A stretch of 64,000 nucleotides of DNA from a virus (Duplodnaviria > Caudoviricetes): positions 12,584 to 76,583 of IMG/VR virus record IMGVR_UViG_3300046710_000151. The stretch is one strand, 5' to 3'. The notes beneath the pieces are model-generated. The model searched no databases. It saw nothing but the letters and a program-made list of their open reading frames with translations, and was not told the DNA's origin. Shown piece by piece: positions 1 to 10,036 of this stretch. The translations under genes were made by a program, and so were the position numbers. Position 1 is the stretch's first letter, and every line of letters starts with the position of its first letter.

Positions 1-2
1 GA

Positions 3-335
3 AATGTTCTTAGAAGGTTCCATGGGTGTCCAGTCAGGGTACTTTTGGGAGATTCTGCCGAGATACTTCCATGGGTGTTACGGGATGTTCCGCGAGCGAC
101 TGTTTGGCTCGATGCCCACGACAGCACCGGAGAGATCCTGACAGGGGACAAATACCCGCTCAAAAGGGAACTTGAGTGCCTGGTGGGAACGCGCCACACC
201 ATTTTGATCGACGATGTGCGGTTGTTTCCACTGTACGGACTCAGCATTGAAGGTATCCGCGCCATGTTCCCCGAAAGGCACATACATTTTGAGAATGGTT
301 GCCAGCCTGACGACATTATGGTGCTGGAGCCATGA
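3..335 (+). CDS. 5'-truncated putative SAM-dependent methyltransferase-like protein
   Basis: Frame is open to the window edge; motifs GDSAEIL, WLDAH and ILIDDVRLF resemble small class I methyltransferases found beside phage glycosyltransferases. Confidence 0.5.
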   Translation, partial: NVLRRFHGCPVRVLLGDSAEILPWVLRDVPRATVWLDAHDSTGEILTGDKYPLKRELECLVGTRHTILIDDVRLFPLYGLSIEGIRAMFPERHIHFENGCQPDDIMVLEP

Positions 336-1060
336 ACTTCGTTATCTGGGCTCCGCCGTTCGATCTGGCATTCGGCGGGTCGATAGCTCTTCACCGCCTC
401 GGCCACAACCTGGCGACCTTGGGCCATCGGGTTTGGCTGTGGGCATCGAGCAAAAACCCAGAATGGTTGGGCCAACTCACCGAGGACTTCAGTGACGTGC
501 CAGACGCAATCGTGGTGTACCCCGAGGTGGTCTGCGGAAATCCGCTCCTCTCATTCGACCGCGTGGTGCGATGGATTCTCAACACGCCGGGCGTCATTGG
601 TGGTGATGGGGTCTTCGGCGACCGGGATCTGATCCTGCTTTGGTCTCGGGAATACCGGGTCGATCCAAAGTACAAGGTCTCAGGCGAACTGACCGCATGG
701 CGCGACTGGTCGCACTTTCGGGACCTCGGGCTGCCGCGGCGGGGAGCCTGCTACGCGGTGCGCAAGGGCACTGACCGGCACGCGCACCCGGCAGACGCCC
801 TCTGTATCGACGACTACGGTCTGCGCGGCGGTGACGATTATCTGATTGAAGTCTTCAACTCCCGCGAAGCGTTTTACTGCTACGACGATCACACGGCCTT
901 GGTGGAGTTGGCCCGGCTGTGCGGCTGCCGGGTCGTCCCGGCCTTTCCTTCCGCTCCATCGGACGCTGAACGCATGGCACTGGCCGATCAACAGACGCGG
1001 GAGTTCGTGGATCTCTGCTACCAACAGTGGCCGGATCTGAGGCTATCGTGCCCGGCCTGA
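332..1060 (+). CDS. putative glycosyltransferase (GT-B-like)
   Basis: N-terminal GGSIALHRLGHNLATLGHRV, IVVYPEVV.GNPL and VVRWILN motifs; ATGA-coupled to the upstream gene. Confidence 0.55.
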   Translation: MNFVIWAPPFDLAFGGSIALHRLGHNLATLGHRVWLWASSKNPEWLGQLTEDFSDVPDAIVVYPEVVCGNPLLSFDRVVRWILNTPGVIGGDGVFGDRDLILLWSREYRVDPKYKVSGELTAWRDWSHFRDLGLPRRGACYAVRKGTDRHAHPADALCIDDYGLRGGDDYLIEVFNSREAFYCYDDHTALVELARLCGCRVVPAFPSAPSDAERMALADQQTREFVDLCYQQWPDLRLSCPA

Positions 1061-1737
1061 CGCTCCTGACGCCAACCGGCGCGCGGCCAGAAGCTTTCGC
1101 CTTGTGTGAGAAGTGGCTGGAGCGGCAGACCTACCAGGGCGAGATCCAGTGGCTGGTGGCCGATGACGGCCCGGTGCCCACGCCCTGCACGATGGGGCAA
1201 ACAGTGATCCGTCCGGAGCCCTTCTGGCAACCGGGGGAGAATACGCAGTTCAGAAACCTCCTGGCGCTGTTTCCGCTCATCAAGTACGACAAGATCGTCC
1301 ATTGGGAAGATGACGACTGGTATGGGCCCGGGTATCTGGAAACCGTATCGAAGTGGCTTGACGAAGCGCCGTTGGTGGGCGAGATTCCAACCCGCTACTA
1401 CAACGTGCGCGCCCGGTCATGGAATCCATTCGGGAACGACAAGCACGCTTCGCTTTGCCAGACGGGGATGCGGCCGGAAGTGCTGCCCGTGCTGAAGCGC
1501 ATCTGCGAAGCCCGGCGCTGGGTGGATATGGCGCTATGGAAGGATTTTCCCGGAAAGATGTTTGCCGGGGAGCAGAATGTGGGGATCAAGGGCCTGCCTG
1601 GCAGGCCGGGTCAGGTGGGCGCGCATCAGAACCCGCGCACCTTGCGGCGCATGGTGGCCGACCCGAACCTGGAAACCTTGCGTAGTTGGATCGGGGAAGA
1701 CGCGGAAGCGTATCGGAAGTTTGGAGAACCCTCATGA
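1027..1737 (+). CDS. glycosyltransferase family 2-like protein
   Basis: LLTPT..RPE, QWLVADDG and WEDDDWY (DxD) motifs of the GT-A fold. Confidence 0.75.
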   Translation: MAGSEAIVPGLTLLTPTGARPEAFALCEKWLERQTYQGEIQWLVADDGPVPTPCTMGQTVIRPEPFWQPGENTQFRNLLALFPLIKYDKIVHWEDDDWYGPGYLETVSKWLDEAPLVGEIPTRYYNVRARSWNPFGNDKHASLCQTGMRPEVLPVLKRICEARRWVDMALWKDFPGKMFAGEQNVGIKGLPGRPGQVGAHQNPRTLRRMVADPNLETLRSWIGEDAEAYRKFGEPS

Positions 1738-2990
1738 AACTCAGCCGGCTTGCTTTCCTCGCTCTCGCTTCATGCCTGTCAGTGCAGGCCGCGGATTACT
1801 ACGCCGCGCCAACCGGCTCCCCGTCCTGCGATGGAACGCCCACCTGCGCGTGGGATCTCCAGACGGCCCTGACCAAGCCCCTCATCGGCGGCGACCGTCT
1901 GCTGTTGACAGAAGGCACCTACAAGGGAGCCTTCTCATCCTCGTTGAATGGCGCTGGCGTCCAGATCCAGGTGCTTCCCTATTCTGGGGCACACCCGAGA
2001 ATTGACGGATCGTTGTCTCTTGGCGGCGGATACGTCACCGTCCAGGGTCTTGAGTTCTTTTCGTCAAACACGAATAGGACCGGAGCAATTGGGACGGACT
2101 GCCTTTACACCGGAGGGCCGTTCATCAACCTGGTCCACAACGTCATCCACGACTGCGGCGGAGATGGAGTAGGCTTCTGGTCTGCTGATCCGAACGGGGT
2201 CGCCTATGGGAATCTGGTTTACTACAACGGGTACAACGACGTTGACCGAGGCCACGGGCACGGGTTCTACACGCAGTCGAATCCCGGCGACACGAAGCTG
2301 TTGCAAGACAACGTGGTGCTCAATCAGTTCGGCTGGGGGCTGCACGGGTATACCGAAGGCGGGTTTATTGACGGCATCACGTACCGTGGGAACGTTGCGG
2401 CGAACAATGGCAGTTTGGCGACGGTATCGTGCGCCAAGGGCGGGAACAACAATATCCTTCTCGGTGGCGCTCCTGTAGCTTTCGGTGCGGCGTGGGACAG
2501 CAATTATTCGTACTACCCGTCGAACGGTTGCGTGAATGCGAACCTGGGGTACATCGGCGGGACGAGCGGAGCCCGCTTGACGAACAATTGGCTCATCGGT
2601 TCGACGCCTTTGCAGGTTGTCGCTGCTACTGGGCTGGTGCAAACCGGAACCGTCTCGTATAACTGGAAGGGCAAGAAGTATCCGGTTTCCACTTGCATCG
2701 TGCGTCCTGATCTCTATGAAGCTGGCCGCGCACTCCTGGTGGTAATCAATCTGAGCGGGTCAACCGCTGCGCTGTCTTGCGACGTATCGGCGATCGGCTA
2801 TGCGAGCGGGGCGCAAGTGCAAGTGGCATCGGCTGAAGATTACTTCGGTGCGCGTCGCACCTTTACCGTGAGCGCGGGCAAGATCAGTCTGTCTGTGACT
2901 GGCTGGACCGTGGCCGCTCCTATTGGATGGGCTAAGCCCGCGAGCATGCTGCCCAAGTTTGGGGTCTTTATTTCGAGAGCGAGTTTCTAA
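1734..2990 (+). CDS. secreted right-handed beta-helix (pectate-lyase-like) protein
   Basis: Signal peptide MKLSRLAFLALASCLSVQA from ATG 1734; YYAAPTGS...DG start and Asn/Gly-rich parallel beta-helix repeats. Confidence 0.65.
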   Translation: MKLSRLAFLALASCLSVQAADYYAAPTGSPSCDGTPTCAWDLQTALTKPLIGGDRLLLTEGTYKGAFSSSLNGAGVQIQVLPYSGAHPRIDGSLSLGGGYVTVQGLEFFSSNTNRTGAIGTDCLYTGGPFINLVHNVIHDCGGDGVGFWSADPNGVAYGNLVYYNGYNDVDRGHGHGFYTQSNPGDTKLLQDNVVLNQFGWGLHGYTEGGFIDGITYRGNVAANNGSLATVSCAKGGNNNILLGGAPVAFGAAWDSNYSYYPSNGCVNANLGYIGGTSGARLTNNWLIGSTPLQVVAATGLVQTGTVSYNWKGKKYPVSTCIVRPDLYEAGRALLVVINLSGSTAALSCDVSAIGYASGAQVQVASAEDYFGARRTFTVSAGKISLSVTGWTVAAPIGWAKPASMLPKFGVFISRASF

Positions 2991-2991
2991 C

Positions 2992-5028
2992 ATGGCCTTC
3001 ACTGCATCTACAGTTTGGGAAGTGCAGACCGGCGGCCTGGATGATTTCCAGACCGTATCCTCTGTAGTTGCGGGCGCTGGGTCCGGCTACACGAATGGTG
3101 ACATCCTGACGCTCTCTGGCGGCACTTCCACCACGGCGGCTACCTTCACGGCTATAGTAGCGGGTGGAGTGCTCACGGGTGTTACGCCGCTGAACACCGG
3201 CCACTATACCGTGCTCCCCGCAAATCCGGTGAGCGTGACGGGCGGTACCGGAACGACGGCGACTCTCACCGTGACCTGGAACGCAGGCGGCAACGGCGGT
3301 GGCTTTGATGCGGGTGTGGCGGGGTTCCCCACGGATGGTGCGATCAGTTCTGCCAACACGGCCTCGCCGGTGCTTTCCAGCGCCAGCTACAACTTCGTGA
3401 CCGGCGACGCGACCGCTGGCGCGTGGGCATATTTGAAGGCGGGCACGGGTGTGATCGCGGGTTGGTACAAGATCGTGTCTTGCGCTGGGAACGCTGCCAC
3501 GCTTGACGCCGCGATAGGTCACGTGGTGCTTGCCACTGGTGCCCTGAATACGGTAGCTGGGTGTTCCGCTTCGGCCTCGCTTACCAGCATCACCTGGGGC
3601 TGCGACTACTCGCAATCCGCCACCCCGATTCTGTCTTTCACTGATTTAGTGATTGACGGGACGACTGACACCAAGTTCACCAGCGCGGCGCATCCGGTCG
3701 GAAAGAACTTCATTGGCAATATCATTAACGTAACTGGTGGCACGAACGTTACCGTTCAGCGGGTCGCGGTGGTTTCTACGGTTACAACGACGGCGACGTG
3801 CGATAAGTCCCTGGGCACGTTGAGCAGCACGGGCGGAATTGCGAGTATGGCCGGGTGCTTGAAAAGCGTCGGCGCGGCAGGCGCTTTGACAACGTCTAAC
3901 GGTCAATCGGTGTGGGTTAAATCGGGCTCTTACAGTATCACTTCGGCAACTGCAAATATTCCAGGCGGATGTTATGTGCCATCTTCAAACAGATATTTTA
4001 TAGGTGGCTACCAGACACTAAGATGGGACTTTGGAACGGCCCCCGTGTTGACGGCCTCTGGGATCAGTACGGCGACTTTAGTAAACAACAGCTCGTCATC
4101 CTCTTCGTTGACGGTAAATCTGTCCGTAGATGGAGCCTCTCTGACAGCAATTAACGGAATAACCTCCGGGAATATCTACAGATGTAAAGCGTCGAATTGC
4201 TCAAATGTGGGAATCGATGCTGTCGGTTTTTCGATACTATGTTCCGCCACTGGATGTTCGGGGACTGCTCCAGCGCTCCGTCTTAGGGGCGGCTCTATTG
4301 CTTGTGAGGCGTACTCAAATGCCACTACAGGGGCCGGCATTGATAGCTACGGTTCGACTGCGCTTTACTGTGTATCTTTCCTCAACTCCGGGCCTGGTTT
4401 CACTTCAGGGTCGAGTCCATCGCATCATGTTGGGTGTGTAGCTTACGGGAATGGGGGGAATGGTTTCATAAACCCAAATAATGCGAACGGCTCTTTTGTC
4501 AATTGTATAGCGGAATCAAACCTGGCAGCCGCGTTTAGCAATGGTCAATCCGGGACTCAAATCATTAACTGCGCAACTTTCAACAACACGTCAGGATCGG
4601 GACTCACACCAGGGTTTACGTCTGGATCGCTTACAGCGGGTAATATCGCTTATCTCGCCACCGCCTTTGTCAACGCCGCCGCAGGCAACTTCGCCCTGAA
4701 CAACAACAACCCCGGCGGGGCGCAACTGAGAGCAGCAGGCATCCCCAGAGTATTCCCCGATGGTCTGACCACCGGGTATCTGGACATCGGGGCGGCGCAG
4801 CACGCGGACCCGACCATCTCATACCCCGCCGCGTCAAAGGTCTATGCCGGGACGGATCGTGGAGACGGAGTGACCGGCACGCTGCACGCGAGCAATATCT
4901 CCACGGCGGCTGGGTCGGGAAGCAACTTGAGCGCCGGGATACTGGCGACGGGAAACACGGTTGATGACGTAGTGGGATCGTTGGCGGGCGGTGGAGCGCA
5001 ACTTATCGGCGGAGGGAAACTGTCATGA
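2992..5028 (+). CDS. virion/tail-associated Gly-Ser-Thr-rich protein with a C-terminal beta-helix-like region
   Basis: ATG 2992; GSGY-type beta repeats, NC.A..N repeats and DIGAAQH motif; lies in the late operon. Confidence 0.55.
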   Translation: MAFTASTVWEVQTGGLDDFQTVSSVVAGAGSGYTNGDILTLSGGTSTTAATFTAIVAGGVLTGVTPLNTGHYTVLPANPVSVTGGTGTTATLTVTWNAGGNGGGFDAGVAGFPTDGAISSANTASPVLSSASYNFVTGDATAGAWAYLKAGTGVIAGWYKIVSCAGNAATLDAAIGHVVLATGALNTVAGCSASASLTSITWGCDYSQSATPILSFTDLVIDGTTDTKFTSAAHPVGKNFIGNIINVTGGTNVTVQRVAVVSTVTTTATCDKSLGTLSSTGGIASMAGCLKSVGAAGALTTSNGQSVWVKSGSYSITSATANIPGGCYVPSSNRYFIGGYQTLRWDFGTAPVLTASGISTATLVNNSSSSSSLTVNLSVDGASLTAINGITSGNIYRCKASNCSNVGIDAVGFSILCSATGCSGTAPALRLRGGSIACEAYSNATTGAGIDSYGSTALYCVSFLNSGPGFTSGSSPSHHVGCVAYGNGGNGFINPNNANGSFVNCIAESNLAAAFSNGQSGTQIINCATFNNTSGSGLTPGFTSGSLTAGNIAYLATAFVNAAAGNFALNNNNPGGAQLRAAGIPRVFPDGLTTGYLDIGAAQHADPTISYPAASKVYAGTDRGDGVTGTLHASNISTAAGSGSNLSAGILATGNTVDDVVGSLAGGGAQLIGGGKLS

Positions 5029-6758
5029 TTCATCTTGGCTACATGCCAGTCAACGGCGCGGCTTATCTGCCGTTCTCAACTAACGACGCCAACGGGGCAG
5101 CCATCACCTTCACCGGGACGGTTTCGAATTTCAAGGTCTACAAGAATGGCAGCGTCACAGAGCGAACCTCCACGGCTGGTATCACGCTCTCCAAGGACTT
5201 CGACGGGGCGACCGGATCCCACCTGATTACCTTGGATCTTACAGACAACACCGATGCCGGATTCTGGGCTGACGGGGCGGTCTACACCATTGCGGCCAAC
5301 GGGATCACGGTGGACGCGAAGACGGTCACGGCCTGGGTAGGGGCTTTCAGGATTGGGACGGCAGCGGCGAACACAACGCAGGTAAATGGTACGGCACAGA
5401 CGGCGCGGGACTTGGGCCTGAGCGTACTCCTCTCTTCTGGCACTGGCACCGGGCAACTGGACTTCACTGCGGGCGTGGTCAAGGCCAATTTGGCTCAGAT
5501 TCTCGGCTCGGTTATCACGGGTACGGCGGCGTTGCTCGTGGCCGCGTTCACGAAGTTCTTCAACGTTGCGGCCCCGACTGCTACCTGCCTTAGCCTGCCC
5601 GATGCGGTACCGGGTGCTAACGGTGGTCTGCCAACAACGAACGGGACGAAAAATAACCAAACGGTGGACCTGACAGCAGGTCAGAGCATCGCAGCTTCCA
5701 GCGTCCCCGCCGTCACGCTCGCTAACGGAGCGCATGGCGGGGCGGTGGCGACCATTACGTTGCAGGCCCCAATTGCAGCGACCGTACCGGACAGCCAAAA
5801 GGTGGATGTGCACACCATTAAGACCGAGGCGGTCACGTGTGCTGCGCCCGTCACGGTGCTTGCGAGCGTGGGGACAGCGGCGGTCAGCACGGCGCAGACC
5901 GGAGACGTGGAGACGTTGATTACCACAGTAGGAGTGGCGGGCGCTGGCTTGACGGCACTCGGCGACACGCGGCTGGCCAACCTAGACGCTACGGTCGGCA
6001 GTCGCTCCACTTATGCAGGAGGGGCTGTGGCATCAGTCACGGGCTCCGTTGGGTCGGTGGCGTCCTTCGGAACCCTGGTCGCCGATATCGCTACAGCGAT
6101 CTGGGCAGCGGGAGCCAGGACCTTGACGGCCTTCGGCTTCTCGGTTACGGCCAGTTCGGTTGCTGACAAGACAGGCTACTCGCTGACGACCGCACCTCCC
6201 ACAGCTTCGGACGTAGCGACGGCGGTATGGGGTGCGGGCACGCGTACGCTCTCCAGCTTTGGGACGCTGGTAGCAGACGTGGCTACGGCGGTGTGGGGGG
6301 CTGGGACACGGGTCCTGACAGCTTTTGAATTCACGGTGGCGGCGACTCCCGATGCCAACGTGGCGCTGATTAAGGCCAAGACCGATTTGATCCCAGCAGT
6401 TCCGGCAGCAGTGGGGTCTGCGATGACCTTGGATGCCGCCTACGACCCAGCCAAGAGCGCGGCTCCCACCGGCGCTGCCATGACGCTCACCGGTGCCTAT
6501 GACGCGGCGAAGACGGCAGCGCCCACCGTGGCGCAGATTTTTGCGGCGCTGATGGGGGCAGACACCAGCGCGATCACTACTCTGGCGGATGAGAGCCTGT
6601 TGACGGCGCTGCGGTTGCTCGGCGGAATGAAAAACTGGTCGGTCAAGATGGAGGCCGGGCACGTCAACCTGTACGCACCCGGTAGCGGCACCCCGGCGGT
6701 ATCTCGCGCGATAACGACGGATGTTGGAGCGTTGCCGATTACGGAGGTTACCGCGTGA
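5025..6758 (+). CDS. virion structural protein with Ala/Thr-rich internal repeats
   Basis: 577 aa; repeated VA(T/D)AVWGAG(T/A)RTL and AYD.AK.AAP units; ATGA coupling. Confidence 0.55.
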   Translation: MIHLGYMPVNGAAYLPFSTNDANGAAITFTGTVSNFKVYKNGSVTERTSTAGITLSKDFDGATGSHLITLDLTDNTDAGFWADGAVYTIAANGITVDAKTVTAWVGAFRIGTAAANTTQVNGTAQTARDLGLSVLLSSGTGTGQLDFTAGVVKANLAQILGSVITGTAALLVAAFTKFFNVAAPTATCLSLPDAVPGANGGLPTTNGTKNNQTVDLTAGQSIAASSVPAVTLANGAHGGAVATITLQAPIAATVPDSQKVDVHTIKTEAVTCAAPVTVLASVGTAAVSTAQTGDVETLITTVGVAGAGLTALGDTRLANLDATVGSRSTYAGGAVASVTGSVGSVASFGTLVADIATAIWAAGARTLTAFGFSVTASSVADKTGYSLTTAPPTASDVATAVWGAGTRTLSSFGTLVADVATAVWGAGTRVLTAFEFTVAATPDANVALIKAKTDLIPAVPAAVGSAMTLDAAYDPAKSAAPTGAAMTLTGAYDAAKTAAPTVAQIFAALMGADTSAITTLADESLLTALRLLGGMKNWSVKMEAGHVNLYAPGSGTPAVSRAITTDVGALPITEVTA

Positions 6759-6952
6759 GGTTTTTACGATTCCTGCTGGGATGGTGGGGAGCGCCCGAAG
6801 TCATCCCCAATGTTCCAGGCCGGGTATGCCTCTCCGACACGCGGGCCTTCCGCATCGTCACCGAGGATAAAGATTCTTCGATCACAGCTATTCGGGACCG
6901 TTCCGCCTGCGTTTGTGTCGTGACCGTTCGCCCCTTGAGGTGTTCCGCATGA
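6755..6952 (+). CDS. hypothetical protein
   Basis: Overlaps stop and start codons of both neighbours. Confidence 0.45.
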   Translation: MRFLRFLLGWWGAPEVIPNVPGRVCLSDTRAFRIVTEDKDSSITAIRDRSACVCVVTVRPLRCSA

Positions 6953-7245
6953 GAAGCAACGAATACTATCCCGGTCAGGAAGTGCGCATCTCGGCGTCGT
7001 TCTCCAACTTGGCCAACGTCGCGACGGACCCGAGCTCGGTGACGATCAAAGTGAAATCACCATCGGAATCCGTTGAGACTTTCGTTTACGGAACGGACAG
7101 CGAACTGGCGAAGGACGGAACTGGATTGTATCACCTCAATTACACGCCGGATATTCACGGAGTTTGGTTCTACCGGGTGGAATCGACCGGGCCGGCGACT
7201 GCGGCAAAAGAAGGCACCTTCGTGGTCAAGGAGAGCGCCTTTTGA
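6949..7245 (+). CDS. small Ig-like virion protein (head-tail region)
   Basis: ATG 6949; all-beta pattern with GLYH..Y.P...G.W.YR motif. Confidence 0.55.
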   Translation: MRSNEYYPGQEVRISASFSNLANVATDPSSVTIKVKSPSESVETFVYGTDSELAKDGTGLYHLNYTPDIHGVWFYRVESTGPATAAKEGTFVVKESAF

Positions 7246-7580
7246 GCCGCTTCGATGACGCCTTGGCCAGAGCGGATGCGGCGCAACTGGCGACCCATGG
7301 GGACTCGGTTACCTTCCGCGATCCCACTGGAGATAAGCCGGATTGCGATGTGGTGATCGTTTTCGGGGAGCGTGATGTGCCGGAACCACCCAACAGCATG
7401 GGCGTTTCTAAGGGTCAGTACAGTTCGGCATGGACGCGGCTTTCGCAGTTTCCTGTAGAGAATCCCACAGGCTATCAACTGCTGATCTCCGACCTGGAAG
7501 TTTACTGGATTCGGGAAGCCACGGCAGACGGCGGGGGCGCAGTCAATATGAAACTGCATAAGGTAAAAGCGCCGGCATGA
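7242..7580 (+). CDS. putative head-tail joining (stopper-like) protein
   Basis: TTG start overlapping the previous stop; size and position match lambda gpFII-like genes. Confidence 0.5.
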   Translation: MSRFDDALARADAAQLATHGDSVTFRDPTGDKPDCDVVIVFGERDVPEPPNSMGVSKGQYSSAWTRLSQFPVENPTGYQLLISDLEVYWIREATADGGGAVNMKLHKVKAPA

Positions 7581-8089
7581 TCCAGCTCTCAAATCCCGTA
7601 CGTCTGGCCGTGCGTCAGGAGTTCGCTAGCCAGTTCAACGCGCAACTGGCACTCGCCTGCGCCCCGCTGGGATTGACGCCATTCGAGATCGACTTCGCCA
7701 CTCCCGGCAAGAACTACTTCGATGGCCCGCTGGACCTGAACGATTTCCTCAGTTACTTGGAAGAAAACCCGGATGCCGTTCCCGCGCTGTGCCTATACGG
7801 GATAAAACTCGGAACGGACAGGCGCACAGTGGCAAGGTTCTCTGGCAACGTCGCCATCGGCGGCGCAGTCTTCCTCCGATACCCGGTGGATGCTACGGAC
7901 TTCGAATCGCTGAAAGAAGCGGTGGAAGCGGCGATCACCGGGATCATTCACGAATCGGACACAGACGACTGGGGACATGGCACCTATGAGAACGATCTGC
8001 GCTTCACCTCGTCTGGCCTAGTATTTCACAACGGCAGTTTCTACCGCACAATCTCGTTTTCAATGAGTTTTCAAATTACCGCAAATTAA
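7577..8089 (+). CDS. putative tail terminator/completion protein
   Basis: Position immediately before the tail tube gene; about 170 aa. Confidence 0.45.
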   Translation: MIQLSNPVRLAVRQEFASQFNAQLALACAPLGLTPFEIDFATPGKNYFDGPLDLNDFLSYLEENPDAVPALCLYGIKLGTDRRTVARFSGNVAIGGAVFLRYPVDATDFESLKEAVEAAITGIIHESDTDDWGHGTYENDLRFTSSGLVFHNGSFYRTISFSMSFQITAN

Positions 8090-8103
8090 AAGGAGAGCAC
8101 CAA

Positions 8104-9099
8104 ATGGCAAACTATTCCAGCACGCGCCTGCAACGCGGCTACGTCACGAAAGAAATCACGTGGGGGCAGGCGGTCGCGCCGAGCAATGGCGACGCCTTCC
8201 TCTTCACAGACCTGACAATGGACGATATCCAGACGGTCGAGGACCGTCCCGACAAAACGGGGTCCTTATCCCGCGTGGTGGGTCAGCGCACGCGGCGCAA
8301 CGGTACCTGGTCCATGAAGGCTTCGCTGGCGAATGGCGGTACGGTCCCGGACATCGACGCCTTCCTGGAATCGCTGATGGGCAAGCCGGCGGCAGGAAGT
8401 ACCTACCAGCCGGAAGACCTCGACCCGAGCATGACCATCTGGGATTTCAACCGCCCCTCCGGCATGAATCAGCGGTGTGCTCCGGGCTCGATCGTGTTGG
8501 GAATGCAAATCTCGTTTGGCAAGACGTTCGCCGATGTCAGTTTCAACGGCGAGTGCAAATGTGTCCTGGGGTCCAAGACCTTTTCCGTCGAATCGGATGA
8601 AGCCAAGAGCGGCCTGGGATCGTTCCCCGCCGAGCCGTCTTCTCCCACAGTAGTAGGCGCGACCTTGGCATCGGTGGTCACCGGCTACAAGGGCATCATC
8701 ACCCTGGCCGGACAGGAGTTCACCTCCATCCGCGACGGACAACTGGAAATCAAGGTGGAACGCGAACTGAAAAAGGATAGTTGGAACAACGATCTTCCGA
8801 CCGGCATCATGAGCGGCGTTCGTACCGCGTCCATCCCTCGGGTGACGATGGACGATGACGACAGCACGGAACTCGCTACCTTGATTGCCAACGCCTACAG
8901 CGGGACGGCGGTGGTCGATTTCGGTTTCCAGCTTGGCAAGGTGGTGGGTGGCATCTACACGCTGACCTACCGCAATATCGTCCTGCCTAAGCCGAAATAC
9001 GATTACAGCCAGAAGCGCCGCGGTATCGTGTTCGAGAATCTCCAGGCCGCCGCCACCGACATCACCAGCAAGGACGAAGTACAGATCGTGGTCGGCTAA
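8104..9099 (+). CDS. major tail (tube) protein
   Basis: Strong RBS (AAGGAG); beta-rich 331 aa; precedes chaperones and tape measure. Confidence 0.7.
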   Translation: MANYSSTRLQRGYVTKEITWGQAVAPSNGDAFLFTDLTMDDIQTVEDRPDKTGSLSRVVGQRTRRNGTWSMKASLANGGTVPDIDAFLESLMGKPAAGSTYQPEDLDPSMTIWDFNRPSGMNQRCAPGSIVLGMQISFGKTFADVSFNGECKCVLGSKTFSVESDEAKSGLGSFPAEPSSPTVVGATLASVVTGYKGIITLAGQEFTSIRDGQLEIKVERELKKDSWNNDLPTGIMSGVRTASIPRVTMDDDDSTELATLIANAYSGTAVVDFGFQLGKVVGGIYTLTYRNIVLPKPKYDYSQKRRGIVFENLQAAATDITSKDEVQIVVG

Positions 9100-9107
9100 A
9101 AACGCTT

Positions 9108-9656
9108 ATGATCTCCCTCACTACCACCAAAATTACGATGGACTCGCTCCTCCTCAAAGGGGCGCGGGTCCATCTCCGCAAGTTCACCGTGGATCGTCAT
9201 ACCCACGTCACTATAGCGCTCGCAAATCCTCGGGCCAAGCTGGGCAGTCTCTACCGCGAGTGGGGCCAGTATTCTCTTGTGCCGGATGAGACTGACGAAA
9301 CCGGGAAGGTCACGAAACCGGGAGATTCGGCTGAGATTCGTGAAGACAAAATCGTCCAACGGATGCGTCTACAGGGAGAGATCGATGCCTTAACTCAGAT
9401 CAACCTCAAGGCGGCAATCCTGTGCGAATACGTGGAGTCCATCGAGGGGGTGGAGCTGGACGGTGAACCGATGACGCCGGAAATGCTGGTGACCACTGGG
9501 CCGCCGACGTTCGCCGATGAGGTCTACGCCTTCCTGGAGGCCAACAACGGCCTGCCCCCTTTCGTCGCCATCAAATCTCCGTCGCCGCCGCCTTCACCGA
9601 CAGCGGAGGATGGGAACATCCCAATCCCGGCCCCGATACCAAGCCAGGCGCCCTAA
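9108..9656 (+). CDS. tail assembly chaperone (gpG-like)
   Basis: Follows the tail tube gene; contains the slippery heptamer C CCT TTC at 9557-9563. Confidence 0.7.
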   Translation: MISLTTTKITMDSLLLKGARVHLRKFTVDRHTHVTIALANPRAKLGSLYREWGQYSLVPDETDETGKVTKPGDSAEIREDKIVQRMRLQGEIDALTQINLKAAILCEYVESIEGVELDGEPMTPEMLVTTGPPTFADEVYAFLEANNGLPPFVAIKSPSPPPSPTAEDGNIPIPAPIPSQAP

Positions 9657-10036
9657 ATCCACTCTACGATTGCGACCAGTGCCGCCTGCACAAGATCTGG
9701 AAGATAGAGGATCGGAATTGCCACAAGTATTTCCCGTTAAAGCATTCGAACTCATATCGCTGGAACCCGGAGTGGCACACCGATAAGGGCACTCCCTGGA
9801 CCATCGACGTGGAATCGGAAGAGTGCCCGCGGTCGCTGATTGACGAGCAGTCGATGGTTCTCCTGGTGCTGGTGAGGCAGGACCGGCATGCCAAAGAAGC
9901 AACCGGGGCCACGATGTACGGACCGAACCGCGGCAAGTGGCCGGTCGCGTGGGATGACGCGGTGCAGATATGCGAGCGGGTGAGAATCATGGAACATAAC
10001 GCCGAGATTGAAGCGATGAACAAGGATCGGAAATGA
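9557..10036 (+). CDS. -1 frameshift extension of the chaperone (gpGT-like T part)
   Basis: The -1 frame is open from the slippery site (PFRRHQISVAAAF...LYDCDQC...) to 10036 without its own ATG/RBS. Confidence 0.65.
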   Translation, partial: PFRRHQISVAAAFTDSGGWEHPNPGPDTKPGALNPLYDCDQCRLHKIWKIEDRNCHKYFPLKHSNSYRWNPEWHTDKGTPWTIDVESEECPRSLIDEQSMVLLVLVRQDRHAKEATGATMYGPNRGKWPVAWDDAVQICERVRIMEHNAEIEAMNKDRK

